From Planctomycetota bacterium (GTDB taxonomy: Bacteria > Planctomycetota > UBA1135 > UBA2386): a DNA stretch of 64,000 bases. Shown piece after piece: positions 50,812 to 60,091 of this stretch; within the stretch, counting starts at the first letter, position 1; each line of letters begins with the position of its first letter. Made by a program: the position numbers and the translations under genes. The stretch lies in contig JBKAGP010000001.1 in the NCBI GenBank assembly GCA_046290465.1, forward strand, positions 4,800,001-4,864,000. Direction: 5' to 3'. The notes below the pieces were generated by a model. That model was not told the origin of the DNA. It ran no database searches and saw nothing but the letters and a program-made list of their open reading frames with translations.

Positions 50812-52532
50812 TGGGTTCCCGTTCGATCGCCACTACGTGTCTGCGTCGTGAATACATCTGCCTGTGGATCTGGTTGCTCGTGGTTGCTTGTGTCAACCTG
50901 GTGCCGCGGCAGGGATGGGACCCCGCGCGAGGCCCGGTCGTGCCGCACGATACGTTTCCGGCAGACTGCGCGCTGTGTCACGAAGGCGGCGACTGGAGCG
51001 TCGTGCGGGCGGACTTCGAGTTCGACCACGAGCGTGAGACCGGCCATGCGCTCGAGGGGGCGCATGCCGACGCCTCGTGCCTGATGTGTCACAACGACCG
51101 GGGCCCGGTGGCGATGTATGCGGCACGTGGTTGCGGCGGCTGCCATGCGGACGTTCACCAGCGGCGCCTCGGCAGCGATTGCAGCACGTGTCACGATCAG
51201 CAGACGTGGCTGCCGCGCGAACAGATCGCCAAGCACGACATGACGCGCTTCCCACTCGTCGGTGCCCACGCCTCGGCTGCGTGCTTCCGGTGCCACCCCG
51301 GAGCGCAGGTCGGCAACTTCGCCGGGACACCGGTCGAGTGCGCGGTCTGCCACGCGCAGGACTACGCGGCGACGACGGCGCCGAACCACGCGCAGGTCGG
51401 CTACGCGCAGGACTGCGAGATGTGCCACCTCGAGACGGGTTGGCAACCCGCGCGCTTCGACCATCCGGGGTCGTTTCCACTCGAACGCGGCCACTTCGGT
51501 CTGGCGTGCGCCGAGTGCCACGAGACCCCAGGTGTGTTCGCGGGGCTATCGACCGATTGCGGCAGCTGCCACGACGACGATCACCAGGCGGTGACCGATC
51601 CGAGCCACCTGGCGGCGGGCTTCGGCCTCGACTGCGAGCAGTGCCACGACACGCGGCTGTGGTCGCGCGTGACCTGGACCCATCCGACCGGGTTCGAACT
51701 GACGTTCGGCCACGCTGGTCGTCGCTGCAGCCAGTGCCACGTCGGCCAGAGCTACGTCGGCACCGGCACCGAATGCGTGTCGTGCCACTTGCCGATCTAC
51801 GAGGCGACGCAGAATCCCAGCCATGTGACGGCCGGGTTCGGGCAGGACTGTGAGAGTTGCCACAACACTGCGATCTGGCAGGGCGCGACGGTCGACCACC
51901 CGGCGAGCTTCCCGCTCGAGAACGCGCATCGCCAGGCGTGTGCGACCTGTCACCAGGTGGTCGGCACGTATGCCGGGCTGGATCCATCCTGTGCGTCGTG
52001 CCACCTGCCCGACTTCCAGACCGCGATCGAACCCAACCACGTCACCGCGGGATTCGGGACAGACTGTCAGACCTGCCATGGTACGACCGCCTGGCAGGGG
52101 GCAACGTTCGTGCACCCGGCGTCGTTCCCGCTGCAGAATGCACACCAGGTTGCCTGCGCGGCCTGCCACCAGAACGGGGTCTACCAGGGGCTCGACCCGT
52201 CGTGTGTCGCCTGCCACATGCCGAACTACCAGGCAACCAACGACCCACCGCACGGCGCGTTCCAGCTCAGCACGCAGTGCGAGCAGTGCCATGCAACGCT
52301 GACCTGGGGCACGGCGCCGGGGTGGCAGCACGCGTTCCCGATCACTTCGGGAGACCACGCCGGAATGACGTGCTTCGACTGCCACACCAATCCGGCCAAT
52401 CGCACCGCGTTCTCGTGCATCGCCTGCCACGAACACAACCAGCAGGAGATGGCGGACGAGCACGACCGCGTGTCTGGCTACCTTTGGGTGTCGGCATCGT
52501 GCTACGGCTGCCATCCGAGCGGGCAGAAGTAG
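50811..52532 (+). CDS. Multiheme c-type cytochrome lipoprotein, 22 CxxCH motifs
   Basis: Manual count of 22 CxxCH; LLVVA-C lipobox-like; GGAGG RBS at 50801; TGATG overlap. Confidence 0.92.
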   Translation: MGSRSIATTCLRREYICLWIWLLVVACVNLVPRQGWDPARGPVVPHDTFPADCALCHEGGDWSVVRADFEFDHERETGHALEGAHADASCLMCHNDRGPVAMYAARGCGGCHADVHQRRLGSDCSTCHDQQTWLPREQIAKHDMTRFPLVGAHASAACFRCHPGAQVGNFAGTPVECAVCHAQDYAATTAPNHAQVGYAQDCEMCHLETGWQPARFDHPGSFPLERGHFGLACAECHETPGVFAGLSTDCGSCHDDDHQAVTDPSHLAAGFGLDCEQCHDTRLWSRVTWTHPTGFELTFGHAGRRCSQCHVGQSYVGTGTECVSCHLPIYEATQNPSHVTAGFGQDCESCHNTAIWQGATVDHPASFPLENAHRQACATCHQVVGTYAGLDPSCASCHLPDFQTAIEPNHVTAGFGTDCQTCHGTTAWQGATFVHPASFPLQNAHQVACAACHQNGVYQGLDPSCVACHMPNYQATNDPPHGAFQLSTQCEQCHATLTWGTAPGWQHAFPITSGDHAGMTCFDCHTNPANRTAFSCIACHEHNQQEMADEHDRVSGYLWVSASCYGCHPSGQK

Positions 52533-52625
52533 CTAGGGACGGCGTGGCGATGGGAGTCTGCGCGATCGGGGCGATGGGGTAGCATTTGTGCGCGCGTGTC
52601 TAGCCGGCGCTGCGACCAACGCCCC

Positions 52626-53954
52626 ATGAACCGAGAAGAAGGCCTGATCGATCGTCCGTCGCCCGCGCGGTTCTTCGTCGACGCGGCGTTCGCTCTGGTC
52701 GCCGGCTGGCTCCTGTATCGATTCTCGTGCGTGCTGGTCGAGCCGAGCCTGATGGTCGGCGGCGGCTTCGAGGTCGACTGGCAGAAGATGTCCGTGGATC
52801 CGTTCGCGCTGCCCGGTCGCTTCCCGCACCGGATCCTGGCGCCGCTGTTGGCGTGGCTGCTCGGCTACGGCGGGGAGGGCTACCTGACGTTCACGCACGG
52901 TCTGCACGTGCTGCTGCTGGCGTCGACGTTCTTCGTGGTCTTGCGGCTGCGCGGTCGCTACCTCGATGCGCTGCTGGTCGGCGCCGTGATCGCGGTGACC
53001 GCGCCGACCCAGATGTACAAGCTGCACTGGAACGGCTACACCGACCCGATCTGCTACACGCTGTTCTTGTGGATGATCGTCGCGGCGCGGCACCCGCACG
53101 TGTTCTGGCCGCTGTTCCTGATCAACCTCACCAACCACGAACTGGCCGGCTTCCTGCTGCCGTGGTTGTTCTTCCTGCGGCGATGCGCGGACCGGCGCTG
53201 GAAGCTCGATCTGGTCTGGATCGCCGCGACCTGCGGCGCCTACGTCGCCTACTACCTGATCGTCAAGTCGAGCGCGCAGCAGCTGTTCAGCGCTGACTAC
53301 TTCCTGGCGCATCCGCTGTTCCCCGGCGGTTCGTTCGCGGTGTGGAACCTCGCGGCCGTTCACCTGGTGACGACCTTCGGCCCGATGCTCGCCGTGCTCG
53401 CGTGGCATCAGCACGGTCGGCCGCTGCCGGGTGAGCGCTGGCACCTGTGGTTAGTGCTGCTCGGCGTGGTGGTCATCTTCTGCATCGCGTTCGACTGGGC
53501 GCGGCACAGCAACCTGCTGATGCTGCCGTTGGTGATCGCGTCGGCGCGCTTCCTGCAGTCGGGCAACGCCTACCGCCTGGTGTTCGCCGGCTTGATCGGG
53601 CTGACGTTGTTCCTGTTCTGGCTGGTGCCGCCGTGGTCGCCGACCGCGTGGCCGACCAACGTCGTCGTCGAGGGCCCGGTGGAATGGCGGCAGGAGTTCA
53701 ACCCGACCAACCATCCCGCCAAGCGCCTGATGATCCAGTCGGGTCTGGTCGTGCCCTATCCGGGCGCGAAGGGGCTGAACATCGGCTTCGGCCCGCTGTC
53801 GTCGGCGCTGCAGGGGTGGCTGCCGGTCGTGTGGCGCACGTTGCTCGTCTGCCACCTGATCGGCGTGGCAATCTGGATCGGCGGATGGCTGCTGACGCGT
53901 CTGCGCCGGTTCGCGCCGCCGCCTCCGAACGGCCACCTGGCCAGCGGTTCGTGA
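52626..53954 (+). CDS. Polytopic membrane protein (possibly GT-C-like)
   Basis: About 10 TM helices; HRILAPLL, YTDP, NHE, DWAR motifs; function uncertain. Confidence 0.7.
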   Translation: MNREEGLIDRPSPARFFVDAAFALVAGWLLYRFSCVLVEPSLMVGGGFEVDWQKMSVDPFALPGRFPHRILAPLLAWLLGYGGEGYLTFTHGLHVLLLASTFFVVLRLRGRYLDALLVGAVIAVTAPTQMYKLHWNGYTDPICYTLFLWMIVAARHPHVFWPLFLINLTNHELAGFLLPWLFFLRRCADRRWKLDLVWIAATCGAYVAYYLIVKSSAQQLFSADYFLAHPLFPGGSFAVWNLAAVHLVTTFGPMLAVLAWHQHGRPLPGERWHLWLVLLGVVVIFCIAFDWARHSNLLMLPLVIASARFLQSGNAYRLVFAGLIGLTLFLFWLVPPWSPTAWPTNVVVEGPVEWRQEFNPTNHPAKRLMIQSGLVVPYPGAKGLNIGFGPLSSALQGWLPVVWRTLLVCHLIGVAIWIGGWLLTRLRRFAPPPPNGHLASGS

Positions 53955-54039
53955 GTGCTGTCCGCCGCGATCTGGCTGGTCGGTAGGTGGGTGGGGCGTA
54001 GGGTTTTGTCGCGGTGCGGATGTGTCCGATACTGGCGGG

Positions 54040-56097
54040 ATGACCGATGTGATGGCCGGATGGACCTCGGACAACCCGTTCTCGACTCCCAGTGTGCTGC
54101 CGTTCGAGGCTCCGGCGTTCGATCGGATCCGTGAAGAGCACTACCTGCCGGCGTTCCGTGCCGGTATGCAGCGGCACCTCGAGGAGGTGCGCGCGATCGC
54201 CGGCAGCGACGAGGCGCCGACGTTCGCCAACACGGTCGAGGCGATGGAACGGGCCGGCGACGTGCTCGAGCGCACCGCGCGGGTGTTCTTCAACCTGACC
54301 GGTTCGACGACGACCGACGGGCTGCAGAAGATCCAGGCGGAGGTCGCGCCGGAGCTCGCGGCGCACAGCGACTCGATCTGGCTGGACGCGCAGCTGTTCG
54401 CGCGCGTGCAGGAGGTCTACGACCGACGCGACGCGCTGCAGCCGGAGGAGAAGCAGCTGACCGAGCGCTACCACCTGTCGTTCGTCCGTCACGGCGCGCG
54501 ACTCGACGAGGCGCAGCAGCAGCGCATCCGGGAGATCAACGAGCGCAGCTCGCAGCTGACGACCAGGTTTCAGGAGTGCCTGCTCAAGGAGACCCAGGCG
54601 CTCGGCGTGCTCGTCGACGACAAGGCGGAGCTCGCCGGCCTCAGCGACGGCGACGTCTCCGCCGCCGCGGACGCGGCCAAGGCCGCCGGTCACGAGGGCA
54701 AGTACCTGATCACGATCGAGCTGCCGACGTCGCAGGGGATCCTGTCGTCGCTGGCCGATCGCGACACGCGCCGCCGCGTCTACAACGCGTCGATCTCGCG
54801 CTGCAACCGCGACAACGAGCACGACACCAAGGAGATCGCCCGGGAGCTGTGCGCGCTGCGCGCCGAACGCGCCGCGCTGCTCGGCTACGAGACCCACGGT
54901 CACTACGTGCTCGCCGACGAGACTGCCGGCACCCCGGACGCGGTGCGCGAGATGATGGGCAGCATGACCGCGGCGATCGTCGACAAGGCGAAGGCCGAGG
55001 CCGCCGAGCTGCAGAAGCACCTCGACGAACATCTGCCGGGCACGCAGCTCGAGCCGTGGGACTGGGCCTGGGTCGCCGAGCAGGTGCGCCAGGCCCGCTA
55101 CGACCTCGACGAGAACGAGGTGAAGCAGTTCTTCGAGTTCGAGCGGGTCCTGACCGACGGCCTGTTCTTCATGGCCGAGCAGCTCTACGGCGTGACGATG
55201 AAGGAGCGCACCGACCTGCCGGTCTACCACGACGACGTGCGCGTGTTCGAGATGTTCGACGACGCCGGGGAGTCGATCGCGTTGTTCTATGCCGACTACT
55301 ACGCGCGGCCGAGCAAGCGCGGCGGAGCCTGGATGAGCAGCTTCGTCGACCAGTCGACGCTGCACGGCCACAAGCCGGTCGTCGTCAACGTGATGAACAT
55401 CAAGAAGCCGAGCCAGGGTCCGACCCTGATGAGCTTCGACGAGGTCACCACGATGTTCCACGAGTTCGGCCACGGCGTGCACGGCATGTTCAGCCAGGTG
55501 CGCTTCCCGATGCTGTCGGGTACCTCGGTGCCGCGCGACTTCGTCGAGTTTCCGTCGCAGTTCCACGAGGACTTCGCGTTCGACCCGGCAGTGCTGGAGC
55601 GCTGCGCGAAGCACTACCGGACCGGGGACGCGATGCCCGACGAACTGCTGGCCAAGGTCAAGCGCGCCCGCAAGTTCGGCCAGGGCTTCGCGTCGCTCGA
55701 GTACATCGCCGCCGCCTGGCTCGACCTCGCCTGGCACTCGTTGCCGAACGGTACCCAGGTCGACGACGTCGCCGCGTTCGAGCGCCAGGCGCTGCAGGCC
55801 GCGGGTGTGCACATGGAGCTGGTGCCGCCGCGCTACAAGAGCACCTACTTCGCGCACATCTGGCCGGGCGGCTACTCGGCTGGCTACTACGCCTACCTGT
55901 GGAGCGAGGCGCTGGCCGCCGACGGCTTCGCCGGCTGCATGGAGAACGGCGGCATGACGCGCGAGAACGGCCAGCGCTTCCGCGACGCGGTCCTGTGCCG
56001 CGGACTCACCCAGGAACCGCTCGCCCAGTTCCGCTCCTTCCGCGGCCGCGAACTGGACACCACTGCCGTCCTCGAACGCCGCGGCATCGGTTCGTAG
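54040..56097 (+). CDS. dcp: M3 family metallopeptidase (peptidyl-dipeptidase Dcp-like)
   Basis: NPF..PS.LPFEAPAFDRI, KRGGAWM, TMFHEFGHGVH, RDFVEFPSQ, GYSAGYYAYLW. Confidence 0.93.
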   Translation: MTDVMAGWTSDNPFSTPSVLPFEAPAFDRIREEHYLPAFRAGMQRHLEEVRAIAGSDEAPTFANTVEAMERAGDVLERTARVFFNLTGSTTTDGLQKIQAEVAPELAAHSDSIWLDAQLFARVQEVYDRRDALQPEEKQLTERYHLSFVRHGARLDEAQQQRIREINERSSQLTTRFQECLLKETQALGVLVDDKAELAGLSDGDVSAAADAAKAAGHEGKYLITIELPTSQGILSSLADRDTRRRVYNASISRCNRDNEHDTKEIARELCALRAERAALLGYETHGHYVLADETAGTPDAVREMMGSMTAAIVDKAKAEAAELQKHLDEHLPGTQLEPWDWAWVAEQVRQARYDLDENEVKQFFEFERVLTDGLFFMAEQLYGVTMKERTDLPVYHDDVRVFEMFDDAGESIALFYADYYARPSKRGGAWMSSFVDQSTLHGHKPVVVNVMNIKKPSQGPTLMSFDEVTTMFHEFGHGVHGMFSQVRFPMLSGTSVPRDFVEFPSQFHEDFAFDPAVLERCAKHYRTGDAMPDELLAKVKRARKFGQGFASLEYIAAAWLDLAWHSLPNGTQVDDVAAFERQALQAAGVHMELVPPRYKSTYFAHIWPGGYSAGYYAYLWSEALAADGFAGCMENGGMTRENGQRFRDAVLCRGLTQEPLAQFRSFRGRELDTTAVLERRGIGS

Positions 56098-56168
56098 GCC
56101 CAGTCTCGGTAGGCCCGGTTTCGGTAGGCCCGGTTCCGGTAGTCCCGGTTCCGTAAGTCAGGTTCCGG
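56088..56168. repeat. About 5 x 15-bp drifting tandem array anchored on the dcp stop codon
   Basis: cggttcgtaggcc cagtctcggtaggcc cggtttcggtaggcc cggttccggtagtcc cggttccgtaagtca; first TAG = stop at 56095-56097. Confidence 0.88.
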
Positions 56169-56186
56169 GACGAAGCCTCCCGGACC
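56161..56186. terminator. Hairpin between convergent genes
   Basis: tccggga-cgaagcc-tcccgga stem-loop; no U tract. Confidence 0.35.
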
Positions 56187-56211
56187 GCCCTGGTCGCGCG
56201 AAGAACGGCCG

Positions 56212-57207
56212 CTACCGGAGCACGTCCCGGTAGGCGAACAGGCTCGGCATGCCGCCAGTGTGCACGAACAGCACGTTCTCGTGCTTGCTGATCGAGCCGT
56301 CGCGGATCATGCCGATCAGGCCGGCGACGATCTTGCCGGTGTAGACGGGGTCGAGCAGGATGCCCTCGCTGCGCGCCATCAGCTGCACGGCCTCGACCAT
56401 CTTGTCATTGGGCACGCTGTACTTGGGCTGCCAGTAGCCGCCGACGCAGTGCACCTTGTCCTCGGGAACGGAGATGCCGAGCTCCAGCAGGTCGCAGACG
56501 GCCTGCGCTTCGCGGCGCACCAGCGGCGCCTGGTCGGCCGGGTCGCGGCTGACGCCGACGCCGGTCAGCGGGATGTCGATGTGGTTGCCCAGAAAGCCCG
56601 CAAGCATGCCGCCGTGCGTGCCCGAACTGCCCGAGCCGACCACGACGCGGTCGATCTGCAGGTCCTGGTCGAACAGCTGCTGCTGCAGTTCCTGCGCGCA
56701 CGCCACGTAGCCGAGGCCGCCCAGCGCATTCGAACCGCCACCGGGAATGATGTAGCCCTTGCGCCCTTCGCTCTCGAGCTGATGCGCGACCTTCTGCATT
56801 GCCGCGCCCATGTCGCTGCCACCGGGCACGACGACGATGTCCTCGACGCCCATCAGCCGGAACAGGAAGTGGTTGCCGTTGGCGTCGTCGTCGTAGCTGC
56901 CCTCGACGCGCTCCTCGATGACGAAGCGGCACTTCAGCCCTTCCTTGATCGCGGCCGACAGCGTGATGCGGCAGTGGTTGGACTGCGGCGCGCCGCAGGT
57001 GATCAGCGTGTCGGCGCCCTGGGCGAGCGCGTCGGCGACCAGGAACTCCAACTTGCGCGTCTTGTTGCCGCCGGGGCTCAGCCCGAGCTGGTCGTCGCGC
57101 TTGATCCAGATCTCGGGCCCGTTCAGCGCCTTGCTGAAGTGTGGCAGGAACTCGATCGGGGTCGGGTGCGAGGTGTAGCGGCGACGCGGGAAGCTCGAGA
57201 GGTCCAT
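56212..57207 (-). CDS. dcyD: D-cysteine desulfhydrase (PLP; ACC deaminase family)
   Basis: IKRDD, GGNKTRKLEF, QSNHCR, GSSGTHGG, LLDPVYTGK, FVHTGG. Confidence 0.9.
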   Translation of the reverse strand: MDLSSFPRRRYTSHPTPIEFLPHFSKALNGPEIWIKRDDQLGLSPGGNKTRKLEFLVADALAQGADTLITCGAPQSNHCRITLSAAIKEGLKCRFVIEERVEGSYDDDANGNHFLFRLMGVEDIVVVPGGSDMGAAMQKVAHQLESEGRKGYIIPGGGSNALGGLGYVACAQELQQQLFDQDLQIDRVVVGSGSSGTHGGMLAGFLGNHIDIPLTGVGVSRDPADQAPLVRREAQAVCDLLELGISVPEDKVHCVGGYWQPKYSVPNDKMVEAVQLMARSEGILLDPVYTGKIVAGLIGMIRDGSISKHENVLFVHTGGMPSLFAYRDVLR

Positions 57208-57281
57208 TGCGACGACAACTTCCGGCGCCGGGGGCCCGCTTGCAAGGCAAACGCGCCGCGTGCGCTACAGTGAGTCGCGCG

Positions 57282-58301
57282 ATGAAGGCCTTCGTGATCG
57301 GGACGATGTGGTGGTTGGGCGTGCCGTGCATCGCGCAAGATCCCGACTATCGCGAGGTCGTGGAGCGCTGGGTCGAGACGGGCGAGCGGCCATCCGGCTA
57401 CACCCCCCGCATGTTGACGACCGCTGCGGTCCGGCTGGTCGAACGCGACGAACTCGCCGCACTCGGGGCGCGCGTCGGCGATGATCCGTCGCAGCAGCCG
57501 GCTGCTCGCCGTCGCGCGACGGAGCTGATGCTGTCCGTGCTCAACGCGCAGGTGTTCGTGGAATGGCAGCAGGACACGCAGGAGGCGGTCGCCAGGGCGG
57601 TGGCACACGCCGCGAACGAGCCGATCCTCGGCGACGCGCTGCGCGGGCGTGCGATTGCCTGCACGGCCTACCTCGTCGGCCGCGACGAGCAGCGCATGTG
57701 GCTGCTCGAGGGCAAGGTCCAGCTCAAGGCGTTCTTGCATCCCAAGCTGCGGCGTTTGCGGCCGCCCAAGGACATCCTCGTGGGGCTGCTGGCGTACTAC
57801 GGCCACCTCGGTCGAGACGCGAAGCCGGCGTTCGACGTGCTGCTCGAGCTGTACGAGAAGGATGCGCTGCCGGAGGCGCGGCGGGACCGTCTGCTCGACG
57901 TGCTGCGCCGCGTCGCGATGGTCTCCGACGAGCAGACCTGCCACCGGCTGTTCGCCGCACTCTGCCGCCGCGTCGCGGACCGCCGGCCGCGGCGGGCCAC
58001 GGCGTTCGTGCAGGCGTGCACCTCGTTGGTCTCCGCGCATCCGGATCTGCTGAAGCGTCCCGAGGCGCGTCGCTACCTGCCCGAGATGATCGCCGCGGTC
58101 GTCCGCCGCGTCGACGAGGGCTACGAATCCTCGACCGACGCCGTGCTGCTCACCTGGTGCCGCGACCTGCGCGCGTTCGTCGACCGGGTCGAGGACCAGA
58201 AGGTGCGAGCGAAGCTGCTGGAACGGGTCCGGGCCGTGGTGCGCCCGATGGCCAAGAGCGACTTCGACACCGTGCGCGTGCTCGCCTCGTACTGGCTCTG
58301 A
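57282..58301 (+). CDS. Secreted helical hypothetical protein
   Basis: Signal-like N-terminus; TACAGT box 10 nt upstream; GC3 bias. Confidence 0.7.
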   Translation: MKAFVIGTMWWLGVPCIAQDPDYREVVERWVETGERPSGYTPRMLTTAAVRLVERDELAALGARVGDDPSQQPAARRRATELMLSVLNAQVFVEWQQDTQEAVARAVAHAANEPILGDALRGRAIACTAYLVGRDEQRMWLLEGKVQLKAFLHPKLRRLRPPKDILVGLLAYYGHLGRDAKPAFDVLLELYEKDALPEARRDRLLDVLRRVAMVSDEQTCHRLFAALCRRVADRRPRRATAFVQACTSLVSAHPDLLKRPEARRYLPEMIAAVVRRVDEGYESSTDAVLLTWCRDLRAFVDRVEDQKVRAKLLERVRAVVRPMAKSDFDTVRVLASYWL

Positions 58302-58310
58302 CCAACCCGC

Positions 58311-58420
58311 CACCGCATACCGAACCGGGTTCATCCTGCGCCACTTGTCGCGCAAGGCGCGCAGGCGCGCGCGAGGCGCGCGCTAAGTGGCGCAGGATGA
58401 ACCCGGTTCGGTATGCGGTG
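58311..58420. repeat. REP-like palindromic element, complete copy
   Basis: Same arms as 27189-27289 with an expanded GC-rich loop; between convergent genes. Confidence 0.95.
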
Positions 58421-58421
58421 G

Positions 58422-59360
58422 TCAGCGGGGGGTGGCTAGGGCCTTCCAGAGGTCGGTGGGGGAGGCGTCGAGGAGGTCGCCGAGGGGTCGCTTCGGGTTG
58501 GCTCGGGTCCACGCCTCGGCCATCAGCAGGCCGACGTAGTAGCCGCAGCGGTCGGGTGCGCCGGGCACGGCGACGAGGGGTTGCGCCAGGTAGACGAAGC
58601 CGGCGAGGTCCTGGTCCTTGGACGAAGAGCGGCGTTCGGCGAACGCGGCGACGATGGCGTCGCGACGCTGCTCGGCGGCATCCCACGAAGCCTTCGGCCA
58701 GAACATCGCGTCCGGCTTCGACAGGCCGGGCACGAGCTGCAGCGAGACGTAGGTGGCGACGCCTTCGTGCGCGGCGCGGTCCAGCAGCGTCGCGGCGCGC
58801 ATCGGGGCCTGCAGGGTGTGCACCGACTCGTGCACGATCGCCGCCTCGAAGTGGCGGCCGCGCGCCAGCGCCGGCAGGTTCAAGAACACCTTGATCGGCT
58901 CGTCGGGCTTGCCGGATCCCTGCGTGCGCGCGTTGGTCGAACGGCTCCAAGCGTGGAACAGCCAGAAGTCCGGGGCGCGCGGCCGCGTGCGACCCAGCCG
59001 TTCGCAGGTCCGGTGGTAGGCGGCGACGACGTCCTTGCCGACGTCGCGCCCGGCGAAGTGCTTGCGGGCCGCGTCCAGCTCCGCGCGCATCTTGTGCCCG
59101 GTCGTCAGGAAGCGGGCATACACCTCGGGGCTGCCGATCCCGAACAGCCGGTAGAGGCCGCGCTGCCGTTCGACGACGCCCTGGATGCGCGTGCGGTCGT
59201 CGTTGGTCGCGGGCTCGGCGGCCGCGTCGAGCGCGCGCTCGAGGTCGAGGTCGCAGCGATGCAGCGTCGGTTCGGGGCGCTTCGCTCGCTCGGTCTGTCC
59301 CACCGCCACCGCGGAGAGGAGCAGCAGCGCGAGGACGAACGGGACGGGTCGGGCGTGCAT
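58422..59360 (-). CDS. DUF2268-like Zn-dependent protease
   Basis: HESVH (HExxH), EGVAT, GYYVG; signal peptide. Confidence 0.8.
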   Translation of the reverse strand: MHARPVPFVLALLLLSAVAVGQTERAKRPEPTLHRCDLDLERALDAAAEPATNDDRTRIQGVVERQRGLYRLFGIGSPEVYARFLTTGHKMRAELDAARKHFAGRDVGKDVVAAYHRTCERLGRTRPRAPDFWLFHAWSRSTNARTQGSGKPDEPIKVFLNLPALARGRHFEAAIVHESVHTLQAPMRAATLLDRAAHEGVATYVSLQLVPGLSKPDAMFWPKASWDAAEQRRDAIVAAFAERRSSSKDQDLAGFVYLAQPLVAVPGAPDRCGYYVGLLMAEAWTRANPKRPLGDLLDASPTDLWKALATPR

Positions 59361-59366
59361 GCTCGA

Positions 59367-59873
59367 TCAGTTGCCGATGGTGCCGTGGCCGGCGCGACCC
59401 CAGGCGACGCCGTTGAGCCCGCCGAGGATGTAGGTCAGCGAGACCGACTGCTGGTAGAAGTCCATGCCGACGAGGCCGACCGCGTTCGGCAGGATCAGGC
59501 TGTTGCTGATCGTCGCGCCGCTGCTCGCCGCGATCGGCATCAGCGCGATCGTGTCGAGCGAGATCCGCAGCTGGCCGCAGCTGCCCGGCGTCGACACCGG
59601 CAACGGCACGCCCTGGAAGGCGGTGTCGGACAATCCGGTCGCAAACAGCCGCAGGTTGCACAGGTAGCCGCAGTCGCCATTCGAGGCCGGCACCTCGACG
59701 GTGAACGTCGTGCCGATGCGCGGCAGGTTGGTCGCGGTATGCGTCACCAACGTGCCGACCGGGCTGCAGCCGACGTTGCCGGCGGCGCCGAAGTAGCTGT
59801 AGGACGCCTGCTGCGCACAGGCGGAAGCGGCGAAGGTGGCCGCGCAGGCGGCGATCAGGAAGGCGCGTTGCAT
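59367..59873 (-). CDS. Small secreted protein consisting mostly of the shared C-terminal-type domain
   Basis: Signal peptide; YSYFGAAG..C, LPRIGTTFTV, LILPNAVGLVGMDFYQQ. Confidence 0.78.
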   Translation of the reverse strand: MQRAFLIAACAATFAASACAQQASYSYFGAAGNVGCSPVGTLVTHTATNLPRIGTTFTVEVPASNGDCGYLCNLRLFATGLSDTAFQGVPLPVSTPGSCGQLRISLDTIALMPIAASSGATISNSLILPNAVGLVGMDFYQQSVSLTYILGGLNGVAWGRAGHGTIGN

Positions 59874-59909
59874 GAGAGTCTCGATGTGGGTCGGCGACCG
59901 GCGGGCAGC

Positions 59910-59997
59910 CTAGCGGGCAAAGCCCCGGTCCGCACGCGTACACGCCGCTTCCGCGATCACGGTCGGCAGCGCGTCCACTACATGGACGCGCTCCTAG
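59910..59997. mobile_element. 88-bp CTAG-bounded miniature element, copy 2
   Basis: Differs from 19349-19435 by one indel and one substitution. Confidence 0.7.
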
Positions 59998-60091
59998 ACT
60001 AGCACGTCGGCCGGGCTCCGTGGGCGCTACGCCGCCGCGTGCGCGCATGCCCCCGCGACGGCGCGGGCAATGCGCCCGGATCCGTCCCCGC

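Noticed and set aside
56212..57207. Functional link of D-cysteine desulfhydrase to the selenoprotein (selenium supply)
   Set aside because: 48 kb apart with no sel genes nearby; nothing in the sequence supports a link
59500..59530. SGAT as an ApbE flavinylation site
   Set aside because: Lacks the upstream Asp and FMN-binding domain context, and is far from apbE
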